Virus record (IMG/VR): IMGVR_UViG_3300042893_000318 | Span: 1-62,297 of that record | Origin: a virus | Taxonomy: Duplodnaviria > Caudoviricetes | DNA: 62,297 bases | Strand: one strand, 5' to 3' | In this document: piece after piece, positions 8,637 through 17,349 of the stretch | How the letters are laid out: every line of letters starts with the position of its first letter | Numbering within the stretch: position 1 is the first letter of the stretch | Notes under the pieces: generated by a model | What the model saw: only the letters and a program-made list of their open reading frames with translations | Told to the model about the DNA's origin: nothing | Database searches by the model: none | Program-made: the position numbers and the translations under genes

Positions 8637-8932
8637 TCTTCTAACTCCTTAAGCAGAGCATGTTTAGGCTTTGCGCCTTGAATGGTCTTTACAGGTTTAC
8701 CACCCTTAAATAATACCATAGATGGTATTGAAGATATAGAGTGTTCTAAAGTTTTTTTGGGATTTTCATCAACATTTAACTTACCAATGAGTATTGCCCC
8801 TTCATCCGATAGTTCTTGTAGTATTGGAAGCATCTTTTTGCAAGGTCCGCACCATTCGGCCCAAAAATCTATTAGGATTAAATTATTTTGAGTTACTATA
8901 GTGTCAAAAGATGCGTCAGTTACTACGATCAA
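8627..8932 (-). CDS. trxA: Thioredoxin
   Basis: DFWAEWCGPCK active site; 101 aa. Confidence 0.95.
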   Translation of the reverse strand: MIVVTDASFDTIVTQNNLILIDFWAEWCGPCKKMLPILQELSDEGAILIGKLNVDENPKKTLEHSISSIPSMVLFKGGKPVKTIQGAKPKHALLKELEEWI

Positions 8933-9138
8933 TTTGAATCCTTTAGTTCATCCGCCGCTTCATTAAATTTGTACATAAATGCTTGAATAACAAATATTGC
9001 TGTTTCATTAGCATTATCTGCCATTGCCTTAGATGCCTCTTCAGTTTTTTGATCCTCTGGAACAGAGTTATACCATTTCTGATATAACTCTGAACCGATT
9101 TCCTTAATGATTTCTTCAAGGACTGTCATATTAGCCAT
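8929..9138 (-). CDS. Hypothetical protein
   Basis: 69-aa ORF overlapping both neighbours by a few nt. Confidence 0.6.
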   Translation of the reverse strand: MANMTVLEEIIKEIGSELYQKWYNSVPEDQKTEEASKAMADNANETAIFVIQAFMYKFNEAADELKDSN

Positions 9139-10063
9139 TAATTGCTGCCCCTATATTAATCAGAATTCCAGAACTTACGTGAGCATTTTTTGTTGGAGTT
9201 CCAGTATTTTTTAATAGGTTATAAATTTCTTGGTAAGATAAAAGTGGTTTAGCAGACTTTAATGCAATCCATTGAGCTGCTGCTATTTGAGTTGATACAG
9301 ATGTTCCAGCAGCATTGCCTTCACTTCCGCTTGGCAAAAATACTCTAGCAGAACCTTTTGCGTAAAAAGAAGTTTGTTTTACATCTACATTGCTATAAGA
9401 CTCAATCTCTCCGTATTGATCAGTTGCGCCTACGGCAATTGCATACGGCTGACACGCAGGCCAGTCAACTCTTTTATAATCATATGCGTTGCCAGCTGCA
9501 AAGAAAGCAGGCACATCTATTGATTTTAAGTTCCTAATTTGTAGATCGACTGCTCCGTTAGTTGGGCAATAGCTAAATAATTTCAATAGATTATGATGTC
9601 CCTGAGACATAGATACTGCTTGAATATTATATTTACTTTTATTGTTATAAACCCACTGTAAAGCGTTAGCCACAGATTTAGGACCAGCCAACTGCCGTGC
9701 GCCATTTGCGGTATTTCCAATGATTCTAACAAATACAATTTTCATGTTTGGATTTTCTGTAATTGCAGCAGAAGCCATTTGAGTACCGTGATTAAATTTA
9801 GAGGTTGAAAGAATGCTAAGTGGTAAAACGGAAGAACCAGGACCCTCCATAAAAGAAGTTCCATTAGGGCAACTATTCCAATCTAGGATACAAACTTCAT
9901 GGGCAATCTTGCCTTGAAAAATTGGTAATGATGTATTAAGTGCTGTATCCAAAATTGCTAATGTAGGTACTGATACTAAAACTTCTGACTTCATGGCTGC
10001 TTGAGCCGTTGTGGGAATGGCAATTGCTGTGGCTACAAGGGCCACTATAAGTTTTTTATTCAT
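9131..10063 (-). CDS. Secreted subtilisin-like S8 serine protease
   Basis: Signal peptide; catalytic motifs AILDT (Asp), HGT (His), AAGN (oxyanion Asn), GTS (Ser). Confidence 0.9.
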   Translation of the reverse strand: MNKKLIVALVATAIAIPTTAQAAMKSEVLVSVPTLAILDTALNTSLPIFQGKIAHEVCILDWNSCPNGTSFMEGPGSSVLPLSILSTSKFNHGTQMASAAITENPNMKIVFVRIIGNTANGARQLAGPKSVANALQWVYNNKSKYNIQAVSMSQGHHNLLKLFSYCPTNGAVDLQIRNLKSIDVPAFFAAGNAYDYKRVDWPACQPYAIAVGATDQYGEIESYSNVDVKQTSFYAKGSARVFLPSGSEGNAAGTSVSTQIAAAQWIALKSAKPLLSYQEIYNLLKNTGTPTKNAHVSSGILINIGAAING

Positions 10064-10253
10064 AGGTATATCTTACTAAATAAATAGGATTTGTCAATAG
10101 ATTATTCTTTTTTATACCATTTGCCAGAATCGAGCTGTGGGTCTTCCATACCTTGGGACTCCATTAAATTATTTACACATACAGTAAGTAATTCAACATG
10201 CATTTCTAATCTAATAACCTGCATTTCAAGCATTCTTAATCGTTCTGATTTTC

Positions 10254-10607
10254 TCATTCTTCCTTCATCTCTCTATCCATTGGTGTAGGGGCTGTTGCCA
10301 AACTTCCACATTTTGCACATTCCATATCTAAGAAATATGTGGCTATTTCAAAGTTATCAAATACTACCTTGAGATTAAATATCTCGTTACCACATACGCA
10401 TATGTGAGTTGGTGTTCCTCTTAGATCTATAGAATTACTATAGTCTATATAATTAAGATCCATTGCTTCCGCCATTTCTTGTTCTTCTTCTTTGTCTATA
10501 TAGTAAAGACCAAAGTCGTATCTTTGAAGATATCTTTTTGCCAATGGAATAGACAAGGCTAATCCAAGTACTGACAAAATTATTAAAGATATCATCATAA
10601 CAATCAT
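10254..10607 (-). CDS. Membrane-anchored zinc-ribbon protein
   Basis: N-terminal TM helix; CVCG...CAKCG. Confidence 0.65.
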   Translation of the reverse strand: MIVMMISLIILSVLGLALSIPLAKRYLQRYDFGLYYIDKEEEQEMAEAMDLNYIDYSNSIDLRGTPTHICVCGNEIFNLKVVFDNFEIATYFLDMECAKCGSLATAPTPMDREMKEE

Positions 10608-10613
10608 TATACT

Positions 10614-11168
10614 CTACACTTGAATATATGTAAATGGTGGGGCTACGCTCATTGAAAATTCTGCTGCTGCTTCTAATGCTAATTTTAACCTCATTTTAGG
10701 ATTCTTTTGGTTCTTAGTAGCATGTAAGGCTCCTAGCGCAAACATACCGCCTGATCCTTCCGCCATATAATTAACTATATTCTCTCCCACATGAAAGTCT
10801 TCATCTATAGTAAATATTCTTCCGCATATACCTACTATAAAAATTCCACCCTCATCTTCTTGACCAGATACCTGACTTCCGTATCCACCGCCTCTAAATG
10901 ATTCTTTAACTGAATCAATGAACTTGGTCTTCATAAACTTGTCTAATCCGCTATTAGTTTTAGTTGGCGTATATCTTGGAGGAGTCCAGGAGTACTGTAA
11001 AATTTGACCCATTCTAAAACTATCAGTAAATGCTATGCCATACTGACCAACCTTAAATACCTTGGGGTCTTTTCGACTAAGTATCCACCCAGACTTTTCA
11101 TCAGAAGCTGCGTGGTCGGCAGCCATATAGACTACATCATTCTGAGCTATTGCTACAATACAGGTCAT
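10614..11168 (-). CDS. Ntn-hydrolase (HslV / proteasome-beta-like) peptidase
   Basis: N-terminal Thr nucleophile (M-TCIVA), AAD, KVF and GSGG motifs. Confidence 0.8.
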   Translation of the reverse strand: MTCIVAIAQNDVVYMAADHAASDEKSGWILSRKDPKVFKVGQYGIAFTDSFRMGQILQYSWTPPRYTPTKTNSGLDKFMKTKFIDSVKESFRGGGYGSQVSGQEDEGGIFIVGICGRIFTIDEDFHVGENIVNYMAEGSGGMFALGALHATKNQKNPKMRLKLALEAAAEFSMSVAPPFTYIQV

Positions 11169-11200
11169 ACTCTTAGTATACTAAATATAAATTCGAAGCG

Positions 11201-11503
11201 CTAGTCCTCATCATTATGTATTTGAGCATGAGTTAATCTAATTAAAGTCTCTTCTAATTCAGCACGAACTACAATTAATTCTTGTATGGCTTCATAGTAT
11301 TTATCTTTCCATTCATCTAAATCCCGCTCAATTTTGTACAATTTAATTTGAAGGTCTTTTAATTCCATTTTTAATATATCATGTTCTTTTTCAGATTTTC
11401 TAATTTTTTCTCTTTTAGACTCTCTGATTGAAGATATGATAGCAGTTCCCGCACCGCTTACTAAGGATGCCAGAATGCCAAATAAGACGGTATTTAATTC
11501 CAT
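11201..11503 (-). CDS. Membrane-anchored coiled-coil protein
   Basis: N-terminal TM followed by a heptad-rich region. Confidence 0.65.
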   Translation of the reverse strand: MELNTVLFGILASLVSGAGTAIISSIRESKREKIRKSEKEHDILKMELKDLQIKLYKIERDLDEWKDKYYEAIQELIVVRAELEETLIRLTHAQIHNDED

Positions 11504-11532
11504 TATGTACTAATTATACCGTATAATGTTAA

Positions 11533-11769
11533 TTAAACTAGTAATTCAGACGCAGATATATCGTTTCCGCAGTATCTTTTCTTTAGTATAAATTCTTTTA
11601 CTGAATCAGGTCCTACCTGTCTACCTGCCAAAATAATTACCCAGCGTGGTTCAAATTTTGAAATAATGCAGGTTTCGCACATTAATAAGTTAATGGGCAA
11701 CAGAGAAGATCTTCTTACATTTAATTTGTTCTTTGGCTTATTGCAGCAATAACATAATATTTTTTCCAT
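11533..11769 (-). CDS. Cys-rich hypothetical protein
   Basis: CYCC...CETC. Confidence 0.65.
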   Translation of the reverse strand: MEKILCYCCNKPKNKLNVRRSSLLPINLLMCETCIISKFEPRWVIILAGRQVGPDSVKEFILKKRYCGNDISASELLV

Positions 11770-11963
11770 TAGTTTTCTTCCGTAATATGTTCAAACACAA
11801 TTTCATCAATTATGGCAAACTCATCATTTTCAATTAATTCTTCCAATTCAAGCCCGTTCTTTTTGTATTTAATAAGGGAAGCAAAAGCTCCCAGTTGTTC
11901 GGCAGTTCCAAAAGATTTCTCTTCATGTATATATACTATAATTACTCTATCGTATTCTTTCAT
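11769..11963 (-). CDS. Hypothetical protein
   Basis: Coupled ORF within an operon. Confidence 0.6.
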   Translation of the reverse strand: MKEYDRVIIVYIHEEKSFGTAEQLGAFASLIKYKKNGLELEELIENDEFAIIDEIVFEHITEEN

Positions 11964-12267
11964 CTGGAACTCCCTCTAGTTCGCATCTTACTCCATATGA
12001 TTCTATTATATTTTTTACCATTTGAACATAATTTATAACTTGTTCTTTCATTAATCCATCATAATGTTTAAAATTGCTTTCATAGAGTCTAATTGTTAAA
12101 AATTCTGGATACTTTACTATATCCATCTTAAGATCTTTAGAGGGTCTATATAATTCTCTAATCTTTAATGCCATTTCTTTACTATAAAATACTGGCTTAT
12201 TAGGTTCTCCCGTCCAAAGATTCATGCCATGCTTAAAGTGATCTTTATCTCTATCAATGAATGTCAT
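11947..12267 (-). CDS. Hypothetical protein
   Basis: Coupled ORF downstream of whiB. Confidence 0.65.
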   Translation of the reverse strand: MTFIDRDKDHFKHGMNLWTGEPNKPVFYSKEMALKIRELYRPSKDLKMDIVKYPEFLTIRLYESNFKHYDGLMKEQVINYVQMVKNIIESYGVRCELEGVPDERIR

Positions 12268-12568
12268 TTTTTTTCCTTATCTTTTTCCACACATCTTGAG
12301 TTTTATGGACATTTCTTGCTTTATCTATAGATCCAGAATTTAAATAAATTCCGCCCCATACTCCAGACTCATTGTTTTCTGTAGCAGACTTAAAGCAAAG
12401 TTTTGATACTGGGCACATAAGGCAAGCTTCGTCTATGCTTTTAGCGGTATTTACATCTGACTCATACTTTTCATAAAATAGATTAGTATCCATGCCCCTA
12501 CATATTGCTAGGTGCCACCAATCTAAATCATCTGAATCAATGCCTAAATCATTTAAAATATTTGACAT
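12254..12568 (-). CDS. whiB: WhiB family transcription factor
   Basis: AICRG, CLMCPVSKLC (four Cys) and GVWGG signature. Confidence 0.93.
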   Translation of the reverse strand: MSNILNDLGIDSDDLDWWHLAICRGMDTNLFYEKYESDVNTAKSIDEACLMCPVSKLCFKSATENNESGVWGGIYLNSGSIDKARNVHKTQDVWKKIRKKNDIH

Positions 12569-12812
12569 ATTTTTTGGGTAACTTCCAAATCCCTTTATTA
12601 TCGACGGAGATCTTTTCTGCCGTTCCCCACTCTTTTAAAAACATACCATCTTTTCTAGTATATCCGCTAGAATCTTTTTTCCAAATTATTAACTCATAGT
12701 TGTTCCAAAAAGCCTTTTGGTTCCTGGCCTTGGATCTTTCTATAAATATTTGTGCACCTAACAGATTTAAATGTAGCATTGGTTTCCTAAACACTAAACC
12801 GTAGCATCCCAA
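12549..12812 (-). CDS. Hypothetical protein
   Basis: ORF upstream of whiB; start probably MLHLN. Confidence 0.6.
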   Translation of the reverse strand: MGCYGLVFRKPMLHLNLLGAQIFIERSKARNQKAFWNNYELIIWKKDSSGYTRKDGMFLKEWGTAEKISVDNKGIWKLPKKYVKYFK

Positions 12813-13015
12813 GTATTAAGTATACAGGAAGTACTACGGCTGTGTCAATCTATTTCAAGCTAGTTTTCTTGAATTTTAGTTATATTAACACTTTTAATTT
12901 CGTCGTCTATATTAAATATATCGCCTATATATTCTCTGGCATCTTCTTCGTTAAAGGCCTCTACTTCAACCTCTACGTTTAATTTGACCTTATAAGTGTT
13001 CATAGTCTAAGTATA

Positions 13016-13306
13016 TCACTTGGCAGATTTTTTATCTACCGCTGAAAATGCTGCATTAATTTCTGATATAGTCAATTTACCATCATCTAAAAAGCCTCGT
13101 GCAAGCTTTTCGACTACAGTAGCAACCCCAAGGGTTCCAGCCAATACAACTGCTTTGTAGGTTTCAATTCCTACAATTGCTCCTGCTCCAATTACGGATA
13201 GGCCAGAAGCTGCAAATACAGCAATTATACGCATTACAATATTATTAATGTTTGCAATTGCTCCAGATCCCACCTGCTTTGGTTCTCCAATATTTGCCTT
13301 TGACAT
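13016..13306 (-). CDS. Small membrane protein (holin-like topology)
   Basis: Two hydrophobic segments and a C-terminal DDGKLTISEIN motif. Confidence 0.7.
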   Translation of the reverse strand: MSKANIGEPKQVGSGAIANINNIVMRIIAVFAASGLSVIGAGAIVGIETYKAVVLAGTLGVATVVEKLARGFLDDGKLTISEINAAFSAVDKKSAK

Positions 13307-13488
13307 TATTTGTCCTCCTTATTTCTAATTGGGCTTGTTAATACCCATAGGGCTGTTGTTGCCATGATTCCATATCCAACAATTGTCTTAGCACTACCGT
13401 CCAAAACTACCCAGGCTATAAACATTCCAAGGAGAGTCCATGCCTGGTCTACCATATCTTTTAGGATATTTTTTACTATTCTTACCAT
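13306..13488 (-). CDS. Small two-TM membrane protein
   Basis: Two hydrophobic helices; coupled to both neighbours. Confidence 0.7.
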   Translation of the reverse strand: MVRIVKNILKDMVDQAWTLLGMFIAWVVLDGSAKTIVGYGIMATTALWVLTSPIRNKEDK

Positions 13489-16004
13489 CTTCTTCCTCCT
13501 CTTGATGCTGGTGAATTTGATCCTCCACCAGAACTTCCGCCGCCTGTGCTTCCACCTGTTGCTCCACCTGCAGCTACTGCTGCTGCGTTAATTGCCGCTC
13601 CTGCCGCTACAACTGTTGCCACAACCATATCTGTTGCTTCTTCTCTTTCTTCTTTTGACATATCAGCACCGATACTTCCAAGTGCTGCTAACGCTGCTCC
13701 AGGATCTGAGAATGCTTCTTGAAGCAATGCTGCGGGATCTTGCAATAATTCAACTTGTGCTGCTACTTCTGCAGTAATAACAACTGCGTTTCCTTGTTCA
13801 TCTGTTCTTACATCAACAGGAGTCTCTTTCGGAAGGTCTTTATACTCAATTCCAGAATCTTTAATTTGCTCAGAACTTAAAGCTTCTCCATCTGCCTGTG
13901 CAACAAGGGCATCTGCTACTAATGACTTTTCTGATTCATTTAACTTACCGCCATCTGCAGTCAATACTTCTACAAGATTAGCAACCTCAGCCTTACTAAC
14001 ATTTCCATCAGCCATTAAAGTATTAACAACTTCATTAGCTTGTGCCTGAGTAATAGTATTACCAGTAATTACTGCTGCTACTGCTTCTTTAACTTCTTCT
14101 TTAGTTGTTTCATTCTTTGCTTTTTCTGCAGCAATTCTTTCTGCTTCTAAACGTGCCTCTTCTTTAGCTTTGGCTGCTGCCTCTTGTTTGGCTTCTTCTA
14201 CTGCTTTAGCATCTGCTTCTGCTTTGGCTCTGGCTTCTTCTGCAAGCCTTGCTTTTTCCTCAGCAGCTATTCTTTCCTCTTCAGCCTTTGCAGCAGCTTC
14301 TGCTTGTCTTATTGCTTCCGCTTTTGCTTCTTCTTCTGCAGCAATTCTGTCAGCCTCTGCCTTTGCTTCTGCCTCTGCTTTTTCTTCTGCTGCTTTAACT
14401 TCTTCTGCAATACGATCTGCTTCTGCTTGGGCTTCTATCTCTGCTTGAATTCTTGCTGCTTCAATTTCTGCTTCTATGCGATCAGCCTCTGCTTTTGCTT
14501 CTGCTTCCGCTTTAACTCTTTCTTCTTCTGCTGCTGCTTCTTCCGCTGCAATTCTCTCTGCCTCTGCTTGAGCTGCTTGTTCTGCTGCGATTCTAGCAGC
14601 CTCAACCTCTTCTGCTATCCTTGCTGCCTCAGCCTCTGCTGCTATACGAGCAGCCTCAATCCCTGCTGCTATTCTTTCAGCCTCAAGTCTTTCTGCTTCT
14701 GCTAGTCTGGCAGCTTCTGCTAATCTTGCTACCTCTGCAAGCCTTGCTACCTCTACCAATCTTGCTGCTTCTGCTAACCTAGCAATCTCTGCAAGCCTTT
14801 CTACCTCTGCTAACCTAGCAACCTCTGCAAGTCTAGCAACTTCTGCGAGTCTTGCTACTTCTGCAGTAATGGCTGCTATTCTTGCAGCTTCTTGCTGTGC
14901 AGCAAACAATGCTGCAGCTTCTGCTTGAAGTCTTGCTACTTCAGCCAATCTTGCTACTTCTGCTATTCTGGCAACTTCTGCTAGTCTTGCAACCTCAGCA
15001 AGTCTTTCTACTTCTGCTAGTCTTGCTACTTCTGCTAATCTTGCCACCTCAGCTAGTCGTGCTACTTCTGCAGTTGCGGCTGCTATAGCCGCTTCAGCTG
15101 CTTGTGCTGCTGCCTGCTCTGCAGCAATTTCTTCTGCAGTCTTTCCAATTTTAAGTGTAACAACATTTGAGTTTACAGAGTATAGGGCTAATGTATCATT
15201 ATCTGATCTAATATGAAATGACCAAACAGTTCCACTTGGCCTCAAGCTTTCAAGTAGTGAGTGATCAATTGTTATTGTTGTGTTTAAAGAATTAGGTCCA
15301 CCAACATTTCCAGTTGCAATTCCCCATCCGTTACACCCAGAACAATTAAAACTTATTGCATACCTTTCTGGCTGAGTGTTGCCAGTGTCTGGTGAATCCC
15401 AGTCTAAAACTGTTGAAGTTGAACCATCAACAACAGTCAAGTTTCTTGGGGGGCCTATTGTTTTAACTACTGGTGCTGCTTGTGAAGTAAAGGCTGACGA
15501 GGGAATAATCTGCATTGAGCCAGATTGATCCCAAGCAAGGCTGACCCAGGCCCCGCCACCATTTTCATAGTACATTAACTCTATGGTCTTTGGGACTCCT
15601 GCTGTAAATGATACTGGAGAACTTATAGTTCCTCCACCACCCTTATCAACCCAATCATCTGCTATTAAAACGCCATCAATATAAATCCTAGTTCCGTCGT
15701 CTGCTTCTGCTAAAAATAATATATTTTGCGTTGTGTTGCTAAGAATAGACCCAGTAAATCTTACAATAACGTCTTCCGAAGGACCACCCAAAACACTGCC
15801 ACTACCCCACTGAAAGTCAATGTTAGGTACATTTGTTGTTACTGTTGCAGTATCCCCTTGTGGTATGTAAGGAGAGCCATTCTGACCGAGTACGTTATGT
15901 ACTTGAGCAGTTAAACCTTCTGCTGCATGAGCTTCGTTTGGAACAGCAAAAAGCCAACCTACGGATAGCAGGAAGGCTGTAAATACTCTTAACTTTCTAG
16001 TCAA
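13482..16004 (-). CDS. Exported PA14-domain protein with FN3-like domain and long Ala/Glu coiled-coil stalk
   Basis: Signal peptide; PA14 motifs (IDFQWGSG, ADDGTRIYIDG, YYENGGGA); PPRNLTV FN3-like start; AEVARL repeats; hydrophobic and Gly/Ser-rich C-terminus. Confidence 0.85.
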   Translation of the reverse strand: MTRKLRVFTAFLLSVGWLFAVPNEAHAAEGLTAQVHNVLGQNGSPYIPQGDTATVTTNVPNIDFQWGSGSVLGGPSEDVIVRFTGSILSNTTQNILFLAEADDGTRIYIDGVLIADDWVDKGGGGTISSPVSFTAGVPKTIELMYYENGGGAWVSLAWDQSGSMQIIPSSAFTSQAAPVVKTIGPPRNLTVVDGSTSTVLDWDSPDTGNTQPERYAISFNCSGCNGWGIATGNVGGPNSLNTTITIDHSLLESLRPSGTVWSFHIRSDNDTLALYSVNSNVVTLKIGKTAEEIAAEQAAAQAAEAAIAAATAEVARLAEVARLAEVARLAEVERLAEVARLAEVARIAEVARLAEVARLQAEAAALFAAQQEAARIAAITAEVARLAEVARLAEVARLAEVERLAEIARLAEAARLVEVARLAEVARLAEAARLAEAERLEAERIAAGIEAARIAAEAEAARIAEEVEAARIAAEQAAQAEAERIAAEEAAAEEERVKAEAEAKAEADRIEAEIEAARIQAEIEAQAEADRIAEEVKAAEEKAEAEAKAEADRIAAEEEAKAEAIRQAEAAAKAEEERIAAEEKARLAEEARAKAEADAKAVEEAKQEAAAKAKEEARLEAERIAAEKAKNETTKEEVKEAVAAVITGNTITQAQANEVVNTLMADGNVSKAEVANLVEVLTADGGKLNESEKSLVADALVAQADGEALSSEQIKDSGIEYKDLPKETPVDVRTDEQGNAVVITAEVAAQVELLQDPAALLQEAFSDPGAALAALGSIGADMSKEEREEATDMVVATVVAAGAAINAAAVAAGGATGGSTGGGSSGGGSNSPASRGGRRW
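14690..15070 (-). repeat. Degenerate 18-bp tandem repeats encoding AEVARL
   Basis: Two runs of AEVARL / AEVERL / AEAARL units in the translation. Confidence 0.85.
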
Positions 16005-16070
16005 TTAGGGGTTCTCCTAGGAATACAAATTTTGTATTACATAAGAATTATATCATGATTGACTATTTAA

Positions 16071-16259
16071 TTACTTAGGGTTATCCGTTTTGTAAAAGCC
16101 ATTACCTTTAAACTGTATGCCAAATGGTGTAAAGTGTCTTATCATTTCCGACTCACATTCAACGCAACTATAACCTGGATCATTTTCTGTTATTGATCTA
16201 TGAACTGACATTGTTGCATGTGCATCATCATATGAGCACTTGTATTCGTATACTGGCAT
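16071..16259 (-). CDS. FmdB-family zinc-ribbon protein
   Basis: MPVYEYKC...CVEC...FKGNGFYKTD signature. Confidence 0.85.
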   Translation of the reverse strand: MPVYEYKCSYDDAHATMSVHRSITENDPGYSCVECESEMIRHFTPFGIQFKGNGFYKTDNPK

Positions 16260-16278
16260 TCTTTATCCCTTAATTATA

Positions 16279-16361
16279 ATGAGCAGTTTGGGGACATACT
16301 CAGGTCCATCCTGCGGGTAGCGGCCCGATATCTGCGACTCCCCGATGAGGGGGTGCAGATT
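16279..16361 (-). ncRNA. Candidate structured leader RNA (two hairpins plus H-type pseudoknot), family unassigned
   Basis: GC-rich island: ATCTGC/GCAGAT stem enclosing CCCC/GGGG, CGGG/CCCG hairpin, GGAC/GTCC stem whose loop TGAGTA can pair with downstream TGCTCA; starts just after a TATAAT. Confidence 0.55.
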
Positions 16362-16370
16362 TCTATTATA

Positions 16371-16856
16371 CTATTTCTTTGCTCTTTTTGTCTTTACTTC
16401 AGTATCTCTAAGATCTTCAAATCCTTCTATTTCATCAAAGTCATGAATATCAAACTTGACTGGTCTTTCGCTTTCTGGAATAAACTTAGTTAGTCCTACC
16501 ATCAAGATTCCGTTTGAAATAACTACGGAATTAACCTTTACATACTCTGCGAGAGAAAATGTTTTAACAAATGAACGTGCCCCAATTCCCTTATAAAGAT
16601 ATTCTTTAAGAGGGTCTTCGTGTGCAGCACCTTTAATTGTTAGTACATTCTTGTCTTGTTCTACTTCAATATCTTCTTTGTTAAATCCAGCCAAGGCCAG
16701 CTCAATAACATACATCTCATCTGGTCCTTTAACCTTAGAGATATTATGAGGTGGATAGTTTGAAGTGTTTCTATTTATATTTTGTAGATCTTTAATTTGG
16801 CGATCAAAACCAATAAAAAATGGATCATTAAAAAAATCCAGTGTTGTCGTTACCAT
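16371..16856 (-). CDS. hsp20: Small heat shock protein (Hsp20 / IbpA-like)
   Basis: FFIGFD, NYPPHNI, IELALAGF, YLYKGIGARSF, NGIL motifs. Confidence 0.93.
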   Translation of the reverse strand: MVTTTLDFFNDPFFIGFDRQIKDLQNINRNTSNYPPHNISKVKGPDEMYVIELALAGFNKEDIEVEQDKNVLTIKGAAHEDPLKEYLYKGIGARSFVKTFSLAEYVKVNSVVISNGILMVGLTKFIPESERPVKFDIHDFDEIEGFEDLRDTEVKTKRAKK

Positions 16857-16857
16857 G

Positions 16858-16917
16858 TTATTCCCCTTTCAAGCGAATAAATTAATATATGGACCCTCTA
16901 ATGAGCGATCCATATAT
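16858..16917 (-). promoter_or_regulatory. ROSE-like RNA thermometer in the hsp20 5'UTR
   Basis: TTATTCGCTT can pair over AAGGGGAATAA (the SD) and contains the U(U/C)GCU ROSE motif; preceded by a second hairpin ATATATGGA/TCCATATAT. Confidence 0.6.
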
Positions 16918-16944
16918 TATTATAGCAAAAGATTTATATCTTGT

Positions 16945-17349
16945 CTACTTCTTTTTGGCCCTTACTTTAGCAAGTGCTTCAAAGTCCTTTACCTTAGTAT
17001 CCCCTAGGTATCCCCAGGCATGTCCATCTGCAATCATCTGTTCATTTATAGATAATTTTTGATCGTCAACAAATAACCATCCAAGTATTCTTCCATACTT
17101 TTCTGAAGAATCCATCTTTTCTGTTTTGATCTTTACATCTTTTGCATCTTTTAATTTTAATTTAAGATACTCTTTTGCCTCTAGGCCTAGCTTTTTTTCT
17201 GCCAGATCTTTTGTTCTAGACTCTGGAGTATCAATTCCAGCAAGCCTTACTCTTGATGCAAACAAAATATCAAAACCAAGGTCGATGAGGACATCAATTG
17301 TGTCCCCATCAACTACGGCTTCTACTTTTTTAACATAATATTCGTACAT
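16945..17349 (-). CDS. Thermonuclease (SNase-like)
   Basis: VVDGDT, RLAGIDTPE and KYGRILG motifs. Confidence 0.92.
   Translation of the reverse strand: MYEYYVKKVEAVVDGDTIDVLIDLGFDILFASRVRLAGIDTPESRTKDLAEKKLGLEAKEYLKLKLKDAKDVKIKTEKMDSSEKYGRILGWLFVDDQKLSINEQMIADGHAWGYLGDTKVKDFEALAKVRAKKK

Noticed and set aside
16320-16361. Hammerhead ribozyme or ZTP riboswitch identity for the structured element
   Set aside because: The plus strand has CCGATGAG rather than CTGATGA and no properly placed GAAA; the ZTP GACTGGCG / CGCCTGGG pseudoknot is missing
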